A stretch of DNA of 64,000 bases, from positions 8,351,009 to 8,415,008 of the forward strand of contig MU058781.1 in the NCBI GenBank assembly GCA_013265495.1, given 5' to 3'. A model generated the notes under the pieces. That model was not told the origin of the DNA and ran no database searches. It worked only from the letters and a program-made list of their open reading frames with translations. This stretch comes from Vicugna vicugna. Its lineage: Eukaryota. Shown piece after piece: positions 23,301 through 36,008 of this stretch (positions are counted from its first letter, which is position 1; each line of letters begins with the position of its first letter). A program made the position numbers and the translations under genes.

Positions 23301-24619
23301 AAAATAACACATACTCCTGCAGTATTCCCACTGCCTGGCACAGTGCTCGGCACGTCGCAGGAGCTCAGAAGTCTTTGTTGTTGAAGAAGGTTCTGCAGAC
23401 CTGCGCTCAGAGCAGTGCCTTGACTCTGGTCCCCTGCAGTGCTGGTAAATGATGCCCACCTTGGCTCTTGTTACCCTCAGCTCCTCTCCTCTGAGTTCTG
23501 ACTTGATCCATGTTAAATTCCTCTGCTTCACAACATGCCTTCCATTTTCCTATCATGACCAATCTACCCTTGTCCCACCAAGGTAGAGCTCTTTAGAAGG
23601 CAAGGTCCAAGTTGCCTCCCTCCCTGGTCTACAGAGCTCAACTAGACCTGAGCTGTCCGAGGTGAGACACTAATTGGGACGGGTGCACTGCTACACCAGG
23701 TTGAAGGACAGGATGTAAAAGGATGCCAGACCTGAAACCCTGTTCTCCAGATCCCTCTTTGTGTCCTGTTTCCAAGTAACCCAGGGCCTCTTTCCCACAG
23801 TTTATCTGGCTGATATCCTGAGAGTAAGTCCAATGGCCTTTCAAGGTGGCAGCAGTCAGTGTCTAATAGTTATAGCTGCACAGGTAAAGTTCCATCTCAG
23901 GGTATTTTACTAACTGGCCAGGAAATATTCAATGTGCCCTTGAAACAGTCAATAGCTAAAACCTGTACGGCATCTGTAAGAAGACACACTCATTTCCAGG
24001 CTGCTGTGATATTGAAGGCAACCTTCTACTCCCGAAAGAACTTGGAGTTGACTGAATCATTTTGTATTACAGAACTCACATGCTAAATTAGCATAACAGG
24101 ATGCTCAGCAATCTTCTTTGTTCTCCTACAATAACTAATTAATTTTTCCTAAATTTCTTCCTAATTGATGTACTCATTGAAAAAAAATTACACTGTGTAT
24201 AACAATGATTGACCTTTATCGTAAAAAATTGTGCTGCAGAAGGAAAAATACCCAATTTCCTGTTTTCACCACCCATTGTCTTTTAAATAAGCCTGACATT
24301 TAAGACATTAATTATAGCTATGCATTCCAATTCAAGCATCAGAGATGAACCCGGAGTAACTAATAAACTTTTGGTTTCTTATGAGTTCCGAATAAGAACT
24401 TGAAAAAAAGAATGGGGAAGTAATCGTCCAGGACAAGGGACTTCAATGGGTGCCTGAGGACTTGTCTTCGAGTATTACTTAATAGTCAGAAGAAAATGAA
24501 AGTGAAATATAGCCGAGCTTGCAATAAGAGATGTGTTTCATATCCATACAGCGTATTTCTCCATAGCATCTTGTCATCCTTATCCCGGTGATCTTTATAT
24601 CCACAAAGGCTTGAGCAGG

Positions 24620-24740
24620 CGTTCAGTGACTCCATTTTACAGATGAAGAAATTGAGGCATCGAATAATTGAGTTTCTCAAATTCACATGCATTAGACATA
24701 ACATTGGAAATAAAATCCATTCAATTGTCAGTCAGTCCAG
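24620..24740 (-). mobile_element. MIR SINE core
   Basis: ctccattttacagatgaagaaattgaggca. Confidence 0.65.
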
Positions 24741-25569
24741 CGCCTACTCACATTTTGAAAAGCTAAGACCCTCCGGGCTTGGTTATTAAACTTTATCCTA
24801 CACGCTGTTGTTCTTTCTGTCTCCCTTGCAATTCTTGTTTTCTGCTCCGATGTCAGTTCTCATCTTGACACCAGGATTTTTTTTTCTTCTAATCCTTAGT
24901 TGTCTCTCAGTATAAACCGATTTCCTGTTTGTGTTCTTGAAGTTCATGAGTGCATTTATTTTACCAGCTAAAAGACATGAGCCAAAATCCTTGTGACACA
25001 CATTGAAATGCAGTTAAGTTGTTAAGTGGAGCACAAAATGTAAAATCAAAATACAAAGGTTTATGGGTGCAGAGTGTACAGGTTTTATGCTATTCGGTCC
25101 TGATTTCCAGGAGGCATGTGTCTGCCTTTCCTTGATGTAGGTCTAAATTTGACAAATTTATTTCCTTCAACGAGGGTTAAATAATGATTAATTTCCCAGG
25201 AGCCTAACTTTCCTTAGGCATTGTAGCAAAATGTCTTTGCCATGCCTTGTCATTGGTAGGTGACAGAAAAGTTGAGTCTTTGGTTTTTAAATATGTTCTT
25301 GACAGGCAAGAAGTCAGAGGTTCAGAAAGCTTCCTGGGGCTTGTATTAAAAACCAGATTCTTTGTTGATCATATCACTTGTCTTAAACAGATCGCAGCTT
25401 TCAAGAGGGGAAGCGTTTATTTCGCATTAATCACATTCTACGTGTCAGGGTCTTCTAGACACTGTCTCCCTAATTGAAAGTGTCTTGTTGAAAATTAAGT
25501 ACAGAGAATAAAGAACATTTGATTAGGCTTTTGATAGGAAGGCAGAGCCTGTTAATTAACCGCAGTGGG

Positions 25570-25745
25570 CTTCAGAGAGATGCAGGTTCAAAGCTTAGCT
25601 CTGCTGCCTTGGGAAAGTCAACTGATTACCTGTGCCTGTCTCCTCACCTATGAAGTGGTGCTCATGGTACCTACTTCCCAGCATCCAGGTGAAGCTGAAA
25701 TGAGCATGGAAAGTGCTTGTCATACTCCATGAATAGCAAATATTT
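25570..25745 (+). mobile_element. MIR SINE
   Basis: ggttcaaagcttagctctgc...ccttggg...tgtgcctgtctcctcacctatgaagtgg...gtacctacttc. Confidence 0.65.
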
Positions 25746-27649
25746 GAGGGTATGTTCAAAAATAAATGAGACTGTTCATTGCCTTTGTGTATCTGAGAAT
25801 ATTCAAGGCCACGTGTCACAGATGATTGTTGATAATGCACGCTGCATCCTTTTCTGTTCATTTTACACGTATCATATGTATCAAGCACAAGGTAGCAAGT
25901 CACCCGGTGTCCATTCATAATTTGAATGAGCGCAGACAGTCCAGTTCTCTGCTCTGCGAGTGGTAGAGCTTTATGTTTCTATAAGAAATGAGAGCATTGA
26001 TTTCCTATCTTTACAAAGAGGAGGGAGACAGAGTTCCTGCCACTTGCTCTAGGGTCACAGAAAGGTAGTGGTGCATCTTCGAAGATGAGAGAACTGGGCT
26101 GGTTTCCATTTACAGAAAGGTATTGCAAACAGAAAATCTTTGTAGATGTGATGGAATTGAACTTTGTTTTTGCAAATGACCTGATTTGAAGCTCCAGGGT
26201 TAAGGGGGAAGAAAGTCTCCTACTTCCTAAAACCTGAACTAGGACTGGAGTTTATCGTGCCTCCTTTGACACCATGGTGGCCATAAGGCAGCTGAGCCAC
26301 GAGGGCCTGGGTGTAACCCAAACTCAGTTTCTCTTCCACGTCTTGTTCTGTCTGCTGTGTCCTGCACATGCACAGGATGACACTGTGGCCCACTTGCCCC
26401 GCTTTGCAACCAACGAGGCAGTGGGATTTTCCAGCAGCTGCTTCTGGCAGAGTTTTATCCATGGGCTTCCAAGCCTTTCCTTCAGGCTCATTCTGCTACA
26501 GGTGAATAAAGCCCTACAGATTCCCTGCTGATCTGAGTGCTGGTACACACTGCATGGATGGAGTTCGTTAGCACTTTTCCTGTGCGAATGGGCACACGGC
26601 CCTGGTGTTCTATTGGTGGAAGTCGGTTAGTGGCAGTCAAACCATTAACCGCCTAATAAGCCCCTGTCACCGCCCCTCCCACCCGCTGGCCTGTCTGTGG
26701 ACAAGCAGCGCCATCAGACCCCCATCGCAAGCTCATCACCACCACTAGGCAGCAAGTCAACAGGGCTCCTTCATGGTGGGGCACGCGGGCCATCCTACTA
26801 GAGGAGGATTCCCATGCCATCATTACTGGGAATGGCCATGCTGGATGTGTTTTAGGAGTAAGGCAGGAAGAGTGAGGATGCGGAATGATTCAGGAAGCGG
26901 GAACCAGAGAGAGAGGCCTGGCGTAATGTTGGCTAGCTGTTCTCGCCGTGCACGTTTTTAAACCGCAGAATGCACTTGTGTGCACGCGAGAGCCAGAAAA
27001 GAACTAGCATCTATTAAGCAACAATTTGCAGCACAATATTGAGTTGGATGTGGTTGGAAGTACATTAGAAGAATCTAAATTCCACCCATCCTTTAAGGCC
27101 TAACATAAGTACTCTGGCTTCTAAGAGCCTACCAACACAAGAAGGATCTCTCCCTCCTCTGACTTTCCCTTCTTTTTCTTATCTACCAAACGGTTTCCTA
27201 CTTTTTAAAGCCATGAATCTCTTTATTGAGGACAATAAATTCTGCAGAAGCCAATAAGAAAACCAGATATAAGCAGAGGGGCTCTAGTAGAAGTGGGGAT
27301 GTGCTAACCTGGGGCATCTCTCTGATAGCCTGAGGAACCCTGGGGTTCCCTGGAACACTGTTTGACAACTGCTTGCCTGTATCATTGACTTGGCAGTTAA
27401 TCGGCATACACTGTCATATGTTTTCCCCTGATTCTTGTAGATTTGCTAATTAGATTACAAATTTCTTAAGGGCAAATATTCAAATGAAAAGCAGAAACAG
27501 CAAGGGCTAGGAGCCAGGAGATGGAGGTTCTGGGCCTGGCACTGCCACTGGTCAGGCTTTGCACGCGTGCTCACTCAGTGCATTGGGCCTGCAAAAGCCA
27601 AACTAGACAGTACATAAGAAATGTGACTCTAATTCCTGGTTTCCATGTG

Positions 27650-27737
27650 CTGTAGACCAATTAACTTAATCATGTTTAGAGCCCCTTTCACTCTCACAAG
27701 TCTCCCAGTTTGGGATGCTCAATCACATGACTACCCT
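27650..27737. mobile_element. MER94-like hAT remnant
   Basis: cactctcacaagtctcccagtttgggatg...atgactaccct. Confidence 0.4.
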
Positions 27738-28839
27738 CTGTATAAAGGCCTCTTCTTGACTGATGATGCTATGCTGGTGCTTCACCCTGCATAATCCCCA
27801 CCACACCCCACCCCTCACCCCCTCCACACACACACACCCTAGAATCCAGCATAGGGCTTACCACATAATAAGGACTCAATATTATTAAATTAATTCAGAA
27901 GAAGACATAGTCATTAACTGAATGGGGCTCAAAACCTAACTGAGGAGATGACTAACACATAGGAAACCTCTAGAAATCAATGCAAGTGTGTGGTGGAGGC
28001 TGGGAAATTGTGAGACAAATGAGAAGGCCCATGGGCAGGTCCTGTGTTCTAGGTCATTCCCATCACAGCACATGAGATTTTGAACATCAGAGTCCGGGAG
28101 AGAGGCCAGATGAGGAATGGCCAGGACCCAGACACTGGGCGGACCACTGAGTGGGAAATGTGACTTGGGTGACTGGGGTTACAAGGTGGTGAGTGTCAGG
28201 GAGGCATAGGGTGGGCCTGCTTGGCTGGCTGGCTGGCTGGCAGGACTCCAGAGAGAGGCAACCAGCAGCAATCCATGCAGGCAGCTGGTGTCAGTGAGGT
28301 CCACGTGTGGACGGACCAACAGCCGTGGGGTCCACGTGGTAGGGGAAAAGCCAGGCCTTGGGTCCAGGCAACCCCATGCAGCTGCCAGCCCTGGAGAAAG
28401 GCAGTCCTGGGGCAAGAACAGGGCACGGAGGGCTAGGCAGGAACTTTCTGGAAGTCAGGGGAAAGTGGATGCTACAATTTGGGCTGACTTGGCTGCAGGG
28501 CATGCTCCATCTCAGTGGTGGGTGAGCACTGCAAGAATGAGCTGAACGTTGGCAGAGACCAAGCAAGGGGGATGGACTGGGATTTGGGCATGGCCCTACG
28601 GAGAGGAGCCAGCTGCCCAAAGCACAACCTAGGGTCTGGTGTGGGTTGGTGCAACTGCTCGAATCTGGCAACAGGAGCCCAATTCCTGCCTCTCCTGTTA
28701 GGCAGGAGCCTGGCAAAACTGCTGGGGCAAATCCACGAGTTATGATAGGTCCCTGGGCATAGCACTCTTCCCCAGAGTGAAGGTTAGTTACAGTGGGTGA
28801 GACTGAAGGTAGAATCTGTGAATCATGTCCAATCATAGT

Positions 28840-29405
28840 AATATTCATAGCAGCACTACCTGCAACAGCCAAGATATGGAAGCAGCCAAACTGTCCATCA
28901 ACAGATGAATGGATCAAGAAGATGAGGTATATCTGTACAATGGAATACTACTCAGCCGTTAAAAACGAAAAATTTCCATTTGCAACAACATAGATGGACC
29001 TGGAGGGTATTATGCTTGTGAAATAAGTCAGACAAAGAAAAACACTATATGTTATCACTTATATGTGAAATCTAAAACAGAAGACCAACAAATGAGCATC
29101 ACAAAATAGACACAGACTCACAGATATGAGATCAAACTAGTGGTTACCAGCAAGGAGAGGGAATTGGGGGAAGAGCAAGAGAGGGGGAGGGGATTAAGAG
29201 ATATAAACTACTATATATAAAATAAGCTACAAGGATATACTGTACAGTACAGGGAATACAGCCAATATTTTGAAATAACTTTAAACGGAGTATAATCTAT
29301 AAATTTTTGAATCACTGTATTGTACACCTGAACTAATATAATATTGTAAATCAACTACACCTCAATTTAAAAAGTAAAAAAAAAAATTTCCACCATAAAA
29401 AAAAA
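28840..29405 (+). mobile_element. L1 3' end with A-rich tail
   Basis: ttcatagcagcacta...acagatgaatggatcaagaagatg...tggacctggagggtattatgc...tgtaaatcaactacacctcaatttaaaa. Confidence 0.9.
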
Positions 29406-30039
29406 TCTTAGACAGCAAATCCAAAATGAGGTTATAAAATGAGAGTTTGAGAATAGGTTTTGAGTTAAAGAGCCCAGTGGGAGATCAAGAAACTAAGGAA
29501 ATAAGGGTGAAGAGTGGAGGGTCAGGGTACCCAGGCATCTTCCAGGTCAGTTCCATGACAAAGTGTGAGCCCCTACAGTGGCTTTAGATACTACAGTCCC
29601 ATCGTGGGCTGACATAGATGTGCTTGAGCCGTTGAAAGAGGTGTTGACGGTGCATGGCAACAACCTCCTCCAGGCAGAGACTGTGCATGTAGTCAAGCAG
29701 GAGAGGGGCTCATGGTTCCGGGAAAGCCCCGCCAACTGAGCACAAGACCCCACCGAGCAGCTGGAGAGAACAGGAGCAGCCCCTCGGGAGAGGAGGGAGG
29801 CAAGGCTAGAGGCAGGATGTGAGGGTCTCAGCAAAGCAGTCTGGGAGTCAGGCTGGAGCTTCAGTCCAGGAGCAGAAGTCAGGATCCAGGGCAGAAGCAC
29901 AGTCACACAGACAAGGCACATGCATGCGAGGCTGGGTGTGAAGCCGGAGCGTGTTGGCCCCGCCTGGGTCAACCAGATATTGGCTGGGGACAGCCAGACT
30001 GAGAGGTGGTGGTTTTTGATCTCTGCCCTGTACTCAGAC

Positions 30040-30265
30040 TGATTGGGGTTTTCATCTTGATTCTACCATTTTCTGGCTGTGAGACTGTCAGCTAGTTAAT
30101 TAACATCTCTGAGTTGTGGTTGCCTCATCTTTAAGATGGACATAACAAAGTGTACTTGGTACACAGTTGTTGTGAAGACTACGTGATGTAATGTATATGA
30201 AGCACCAAGCTTGGAGCCTGGCACCATTATAGATGCTCCATAAACAGAACTATTACCATCATTAA
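30040..30265 (+). mobile_element. MIR SINE
   Basis: ttaacatctctgag...cctcatctttaagatgg...gttgttgtgaagact...gcctggcac. Confidence 0.7.
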
Positions 30266-31539
30266 GACTAATTCTAAACCACGCCTGTTGGGAGCTTTGA
30301 ATTCACTGCCAGGTCGGTCCAGATCGCTGAAGGAAACAGATGGTGCCTAGCCCAGAGGTTTCAGGTTGGATGGTGCTGGGATAGAGGGACTAGGAGTGGG
30401 CTTGGTCCTGTGGGAAAAGTATGGCTAAGTTTCTTCAAACAGGAGTTAAGGTTCAGAGAAGCATCCGCTGTGGGGTGCTGACTCACTGGCCTCTGTTTCC
30501 AGCAGACAGGGTCCAAATGACCCTTGCAGAAAGAGGGATTAGGCAAACAGCTCATCACTCTGAGAACCTGGCATCCCCAAAATATCCCCGCTCCTCAATT
30601 CAGGACCGATGGTACCTAAAATTCTACCATTATATGTTCATTTCTTTGAAATAAACATTCTTCTCCCCAGGCATAATTGTTCAAAAGGTAAGCATTGCAG
30701 GATGTGGAACACACTGAGTGACTCACAGTTCATGGATCCAGACCTCAATCTGCAGAGATGCCTGCAACTCCCCCCAGAGGATTCATGTGGGCACGGACCT
30801 TCCCTAGACATGGGGCAGCCAGCACAAGAGGAGGAGAGGAAGCATCTTCAGAACTATGAAGACTTGGGAAGAAATTGGGAAAAGATAGAAGCTTACGCAG
30901 CATTTATTCCCATCAGGGTTTCATGGGATCTAGTTTATAGATTCAGTTCTCAACAAGAGGACTACAAGCATCTGGTCATGGGGAAGATGGGCTGAGAAAG
31001 AAACGTTGTCTGCACCATTTCTTTTCTGTGGGTCCCAAGCCCCTGGTGGGACCTTCTTCCTTTGGTCTCCTGACTTCCCCTGAAGAAGATAATACCTTTA
31101 AGCTTTGGGCATAATCTGGCTGAGGCAGCTTTGAATTTAGGCCCTAAAGCTACATTAGAAATGCATGTGTGTGGTTGGCTTACAAAGGTAACTTTTTGTC
31201 CCGGGCAATATACAACAGTCCAAGCCACATGTGGCTGAACCATAAGATGGTGGAGTACTTTGAAGTGCACCAGACAGTAACTTGGAGGACAGTTTCTCCA
31301 GTAAAATATCTTGTGCTTTCCTCTCTCAGGGAGTCTAAGATTCTGTGTTAACCCCCTCGCATCTATATCAGAAAACCTGCTCTAGCTCCACCTCTGAAAC
31401 TAGAAGATGAGTCCTTTGTTAGATTAATAAGAACCCAACCCCACACCATTTCTTTATTCACTCGAGACGTATTTGTGTAACGTCTACTCCATGCCCAGCA
31501 CTGAAGGGAAGAGCTAGCAAAACAGACATGTGGCTCTGT

Positions 31540-32010
31540 CGATCAGCAGCATTTGGTGAGTCCATCTTGAAATTTTCTGCTTGAAAAACTTGCTTCTCAT
31601 GGCACCTTCAACATCCCTTTCTCTTAGTTCTTCCTGTTTCATTGTCCAGCCCTTCATCTCCTTAACTCGTTCCTAGCTGCCCTGATCTTTGAATATTTGA
31701 ATATTGGCATTCCCTTGGTCTTCATACCCTCGTCTTCTTTATTGTCACAAATGCCCTGTTATCTCTCTGTCCCAACGGCTGTGAATTCAGACTGTGCTCT
31801 GACAACACGTCATCTTCACCAGGACCAGATGCCTGGTCCCAACCTTTGTCTCTCAGACCCCAGGTTCATATATCCAACTCCCTCTTCAACATTTCCATTT
31901 GGATGTGGATGAGGCAGCTCAAATGTAACACATCTAGAGCTAAATTCTGGCTTCTCCTCTAAAATATGCTCCAAGTTGGTATATTGAAAACCCATGCTTC
32001 CCGTTGTTTA
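31540..32010 (+). mobile_element. L2 LINE fragment
   Basis: tatatccaactccctcttcaacatttccatttggatgt...aggcagctcaaatgtaacacatc. Confidence 0.6.
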
Positions 32011-32637
32011 GATAATAAGGAAAATGACAAGAGACGATGAGGTGATGTGGAAGAATTAGCCAGAAGCCACATCACAAAGGACTTGACAAACTACGGTAAA
32101 GTTGAGATTTTATTCCCAGTTGTATCTAAGGCTAGACGTGTCAGTCTCAAGTTGAGAGGAATATCTGAGATGGCGTCAGGAGATGGAATTTGGATTTGTG
32201 ACCCATTAACTTAGGCTTCTGCTTGTGTAAGGCTTCTTAGTTAGGAATGGACTGGCCTTCACAAGTGCAGACTGCTCCTCCTTGGAATGGCTTCCAAGAT
32301 GCCGTTTCCTGTGCAGAAAGCGATGGCATCTCTATCAGGACCAGACCCCAACTGCTCCAGCTCTTCTGTTATTGGTTCCCTCTCTAATTATGTAGCCAGT
32401 TTCATCTCCCACAGCAACAACTTATCACATATGGCGTCTCCAGTCCAGTTCACCCAATCCCTGTTCTCTTCTCTCCATCCTCACAGCCACCCCTAGGCTT
32501 TTGTTCATTCTGTTTCCCTGGAAAAGAGATACCCTGGGCCTCATCCACGCCTCCAAAACCCAGCTGTAGCTCTGAGACCACCATGAGATCAGATTTATAG
32601 GTCTGCATCATGGTTTCAAGTTTACTTTGTTTATTAG

Positions 32638-33136
32638 TGAAGTACGATGAATAATGACCCTATCCCCGCCTCCCAAAAACAGATATCCACATCCTAATCT
32701 CCAGAACCTGAGAATGTTATTTTATGTGGGTAAAAAAGGATTTTGCAGATATGACTAAATTAAAGATCTTGACATGGGGAGATTATCCTCCATCACCTGG
32801 GTGGCTCTTAAATGTGGTCACATGAATTTTTATAAGAAAGAAGCAAAGGTAGAAAACAGATAGAAAAGGGGAAGGCAGTATGACCACAGAGGCAGAGGTT
32901 GGAGTGATGCAGCCACAAGCCAGGACCACCAGCGGCCACCAGAAGCTGGAAGAGGCAAGAAACAGATTCTCTCCTAGGGTCTCCAGGGAGAGTGTGGCCA
33001 TTGGACACCTGATTTCAGCCTAGTGCTACTGATTTCAGATTCCCGGGCCTTCAGAACCGTGAGAGGATACGTTTCTGTGGCTTGAAGCTGCCAAGTTTGT
33101 GGTAATTTGTTACAACAGCCACAGGAAGCTAATACA
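32638..33136 (+). mobile_element. MLT1C/D-like MaLR solo LTR
   Basis: gaataatgaccc...gatatccacatcctaatc...cagaagctggaagaggcaag...tttgtggtaatttgttacaacagc...ctaataca. Confidence 0.9.
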
Positions 33137-34789
33137 GTTACCTCGCTCTTCCCTTGGCATCTCACCCCTTTGGAAGGGCGCACTGCTGCCCCGTTGGCTT
33201 TCCTGGTGAATTTCTCGGTAATTCCTGTTCTCTTACCCTTCTTGAGGCTATGCCTACCCATTTACTGCATCCTCATTTCACAGGTGTATGTAGGTGCATT
33301 CTTCCTCCCGTTCTCTTTACCTTAAAGCCCCACGATCTAGCCAGCCAGACTCCAGGCAAATATCTTTATGATCTGGTGGCAGAATCCAGGGTAGATGGTG
33401 CTTGGCAGGCCTGGAGGCTGGTTCAGGAAGCCGTGAGCGGGGTGATGGGGTGTGGACTCACAGGTGGTTTGAGCTACTTAGGTTGTTGTGTCTTTTTTAA
33501 CTTTGATAATACTGGGTGCCTGGAATTGTGATGACCAGAAGCAGAAAACAAAGGCTCCGGGCATGTCTGTAGCCAGAGATTCAGGGACCTGAAATGCAAA
33601 ACTTAATGGCTGAACGGAGCTAGGGGATGAAGAAAATAGAAACACAAGGTTTTAAACCCGAATCATTGGGAAGATAAAGAGTGATACTAATCACAGAAAT
33701 GGAACTATTAGGAAGCAATGAGAGTTGAGGAAAGAAAATCATGAATTCTTTATCTGAAGTGCTGAGTGTTAAGAAAGTGGAAATGATCACTTGAAAGGTT
33801 ATCTCCCTAGGGGAAGTCCTCAATTCTGGTTCTTCCAGAATCCTCTGGTTATGCCTTTACTGAAGCCCTGGTAACCCTACATCACGATAACTGGCTGTTC
33901 TGTCTTCCTAAGAGTCTGTGAACTCCTAAAGGGAAGAGATTGTGTCTTCTTCTATCTCCAGCACCAAATATTCTATCCAGCACCTCATAGGTGCTCCATA
34001 AATCAACTGTAAGTGACTTAATGAATGAGCTGGAGTTCAGACAGGAGGTTCAGGCTGTGGCTGAAGATCCTGGAGTTTACAGCCCACTTGCAGAGGGAAG
34101 AGCTGAAGCCTTGATAAATAGCACAGCTGAAAGGGATGACAGTTTGATCTGTCACCAGTTGGTTTCCACAGTAATATCAGGTACTTCTCGCTAAGTAGAT
34201 TTTCAAACTTTGACCCAGTATTCAGGTGTCAGGGATCATAATAATCAAATCAGGAAGAAGACAGGAGTCTGAGACATTATCATCCATCCAGGCTTTCGTA
34301 AAGCTAAAAGTAATTTATTTGCCAGACAGTTCAAGGTTCACTCACCCTTATCACGGTTGTCATGCAACCTCATAATAAGCAGCAGTCAGAGGCATACAGA
34401 TATTTTTATGTGGCATGTCTGACTTCTGGGTACTGGTAATTATATTTTATGCCATTTCAAAGATCTAGTCAGGTGGGGAGGTCTACAAGCAATGTAACTT
34501 TTTGTTGGATATTTCTTCTCCTTAAAAGCTGCCAAAGGTATGGAGTATTCTTAAAAATGTTTTTCAAGCACTACTGTAAAGTGCTTTTCCTTATATTCCC
34601 AGCCAGATCATTTTTGTACCTCCTGCAGGCATCAGGATATGGGGGTCAACTTCTTCTGAATGTCAAAAGAGAGAGATAATAATATTGGCTGTTTTAGACA
34701 CTGCTCTTACCTTCATTGCCAGGACCTATCATTGAATTTCCCTGGGCATTTTATGATCTACTGATTGAACCTACTTAAGTCAAGGACCC

Positions 34790-35236
34790 ATTCTCTGTGA
34801 TTGTTTTAGCCAACAGAGTGCAGTAGATGTAGTGCTGTGACATCTGAGGTCATAAAACTGCCATGCATTTCTACCTGGTTTTTTGGGGGGATACTTGCTT
34901 CTGGAAGCCAGCAACCATGTTGCAAGGAAGCCTGAACTATGCCAAGGGGCCACATGGAAAGACCAAGTCTGGATATCCTGGGCAGTGCAGTGGAGGGTCC
35001 AGCCAAAGTTAGCACCGACTACAAGACATGTGAATGAGGACATCTCTCAACGATTGTAGCCCCACCACTGAATCGTGCCCAGCCTTTCAAGTTTTCCTAG
35101 CTGAGACCCCAGACACTGTGGAGCAGAGACAAACTTTCCCCACTGTGCTCTGCACAAAGTCCCGTGCCAGGGAATCTGCGAGCCTAGTACAATGGTTCTT
35201 TTTACGCCACTTAGCTTTGGGCGGTTTGTTTTACAT
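34790..35236 (+). mobile_element. MLT1G/H-like MaLR LTR
   Basis: gccagcaaccatgttgcaaggaagcc...ctgagaccccagacactgtggagcagagaca...gccacttagctttggg. Confidence 0.75.
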
Positions 35237-35834
35237 CAGGAATGTGGGCATAGCTGGCATTACCCTTCCTCTCTTCTCCCAGTCCTGATTCTGGTCGCCG
35301 AGCAGGGTGGGAATGGTGGAAATTTTACAACCATGTGGGGAAAGCATGATCTTGGCCTTGACATCGTTGATCTGCTGAACCAACACCCACAATGGTCTGC
35401 CTCCAGACCTCTTGGAGTGTGAGAAAAATTAACTCTTTTTTTGTTTATTTGGCTATATGCCAGATTATCCATTACTTTTAGTAACTTTTTAGTTAGTTAG
35501 AAGCCCCCCTAACTCATACAAGTGACCCCTGCAGGTAAGATTTGGTGGATTTGTGGGGGCTACAATCTGATTTCTAAATGGCGATGACTGTCTAATCAGA
35601 ATAAAAGTAGACATAACCACTGTAGTCCAGTCTTCTCAGAAATTTAGCTGTGAAGAAAATGAGAGAAATGAGGTGGTAGCTAGGGGACTTCTATGGGCAA
35701 ATTTTATAACTCATGAGGCAATACCTAGTAGAGGCAGAGATTAAAAACTGGAAAGTGAATAACCTCAGCAGTGATTGTGAGCATTAAACAATCCTTTGGC
35801 CCTCTCTGGAAGGCTCTCTTGGAAATTTTAAAAA

Positions 35835-36008
35835 CAGGGCCAGCTTCCTGGGCATGCAGCCTGTACAGGTGCACAGGGCTTCATGCTTAGAAGAACTCCA
35901 CGTTTGATTCAACAGTCTCTGTCTTGAAATTCTTCATGATTTTTGAACAAGGGGCCCCATGTTTTCACTTTGCACTGCTGAGTCCTGCAAATAACATAGA
36001 CAGTCCTA
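35835..36008. mobile_element. MER53 hAT element
   Basis: cagggccagcttc...gtcttgaaattctt...tttttgaacaaggggcccc...tttgcactg...cagtcct. Confidence 0.8.

Noticed and set aside
26220..26548. Overlapping ORFs on both strands beside the promoter-like cluster
   Set aside because: Short, with no recognisable protein similarity; compatible with chance in GC-richer DNA
28291..28917. 208-aa minus-strand ORF
   Set aside because: Starts in antisense L1 sequence, runs through GC-rich low-information DNA, and has no recognisable domain or splice context
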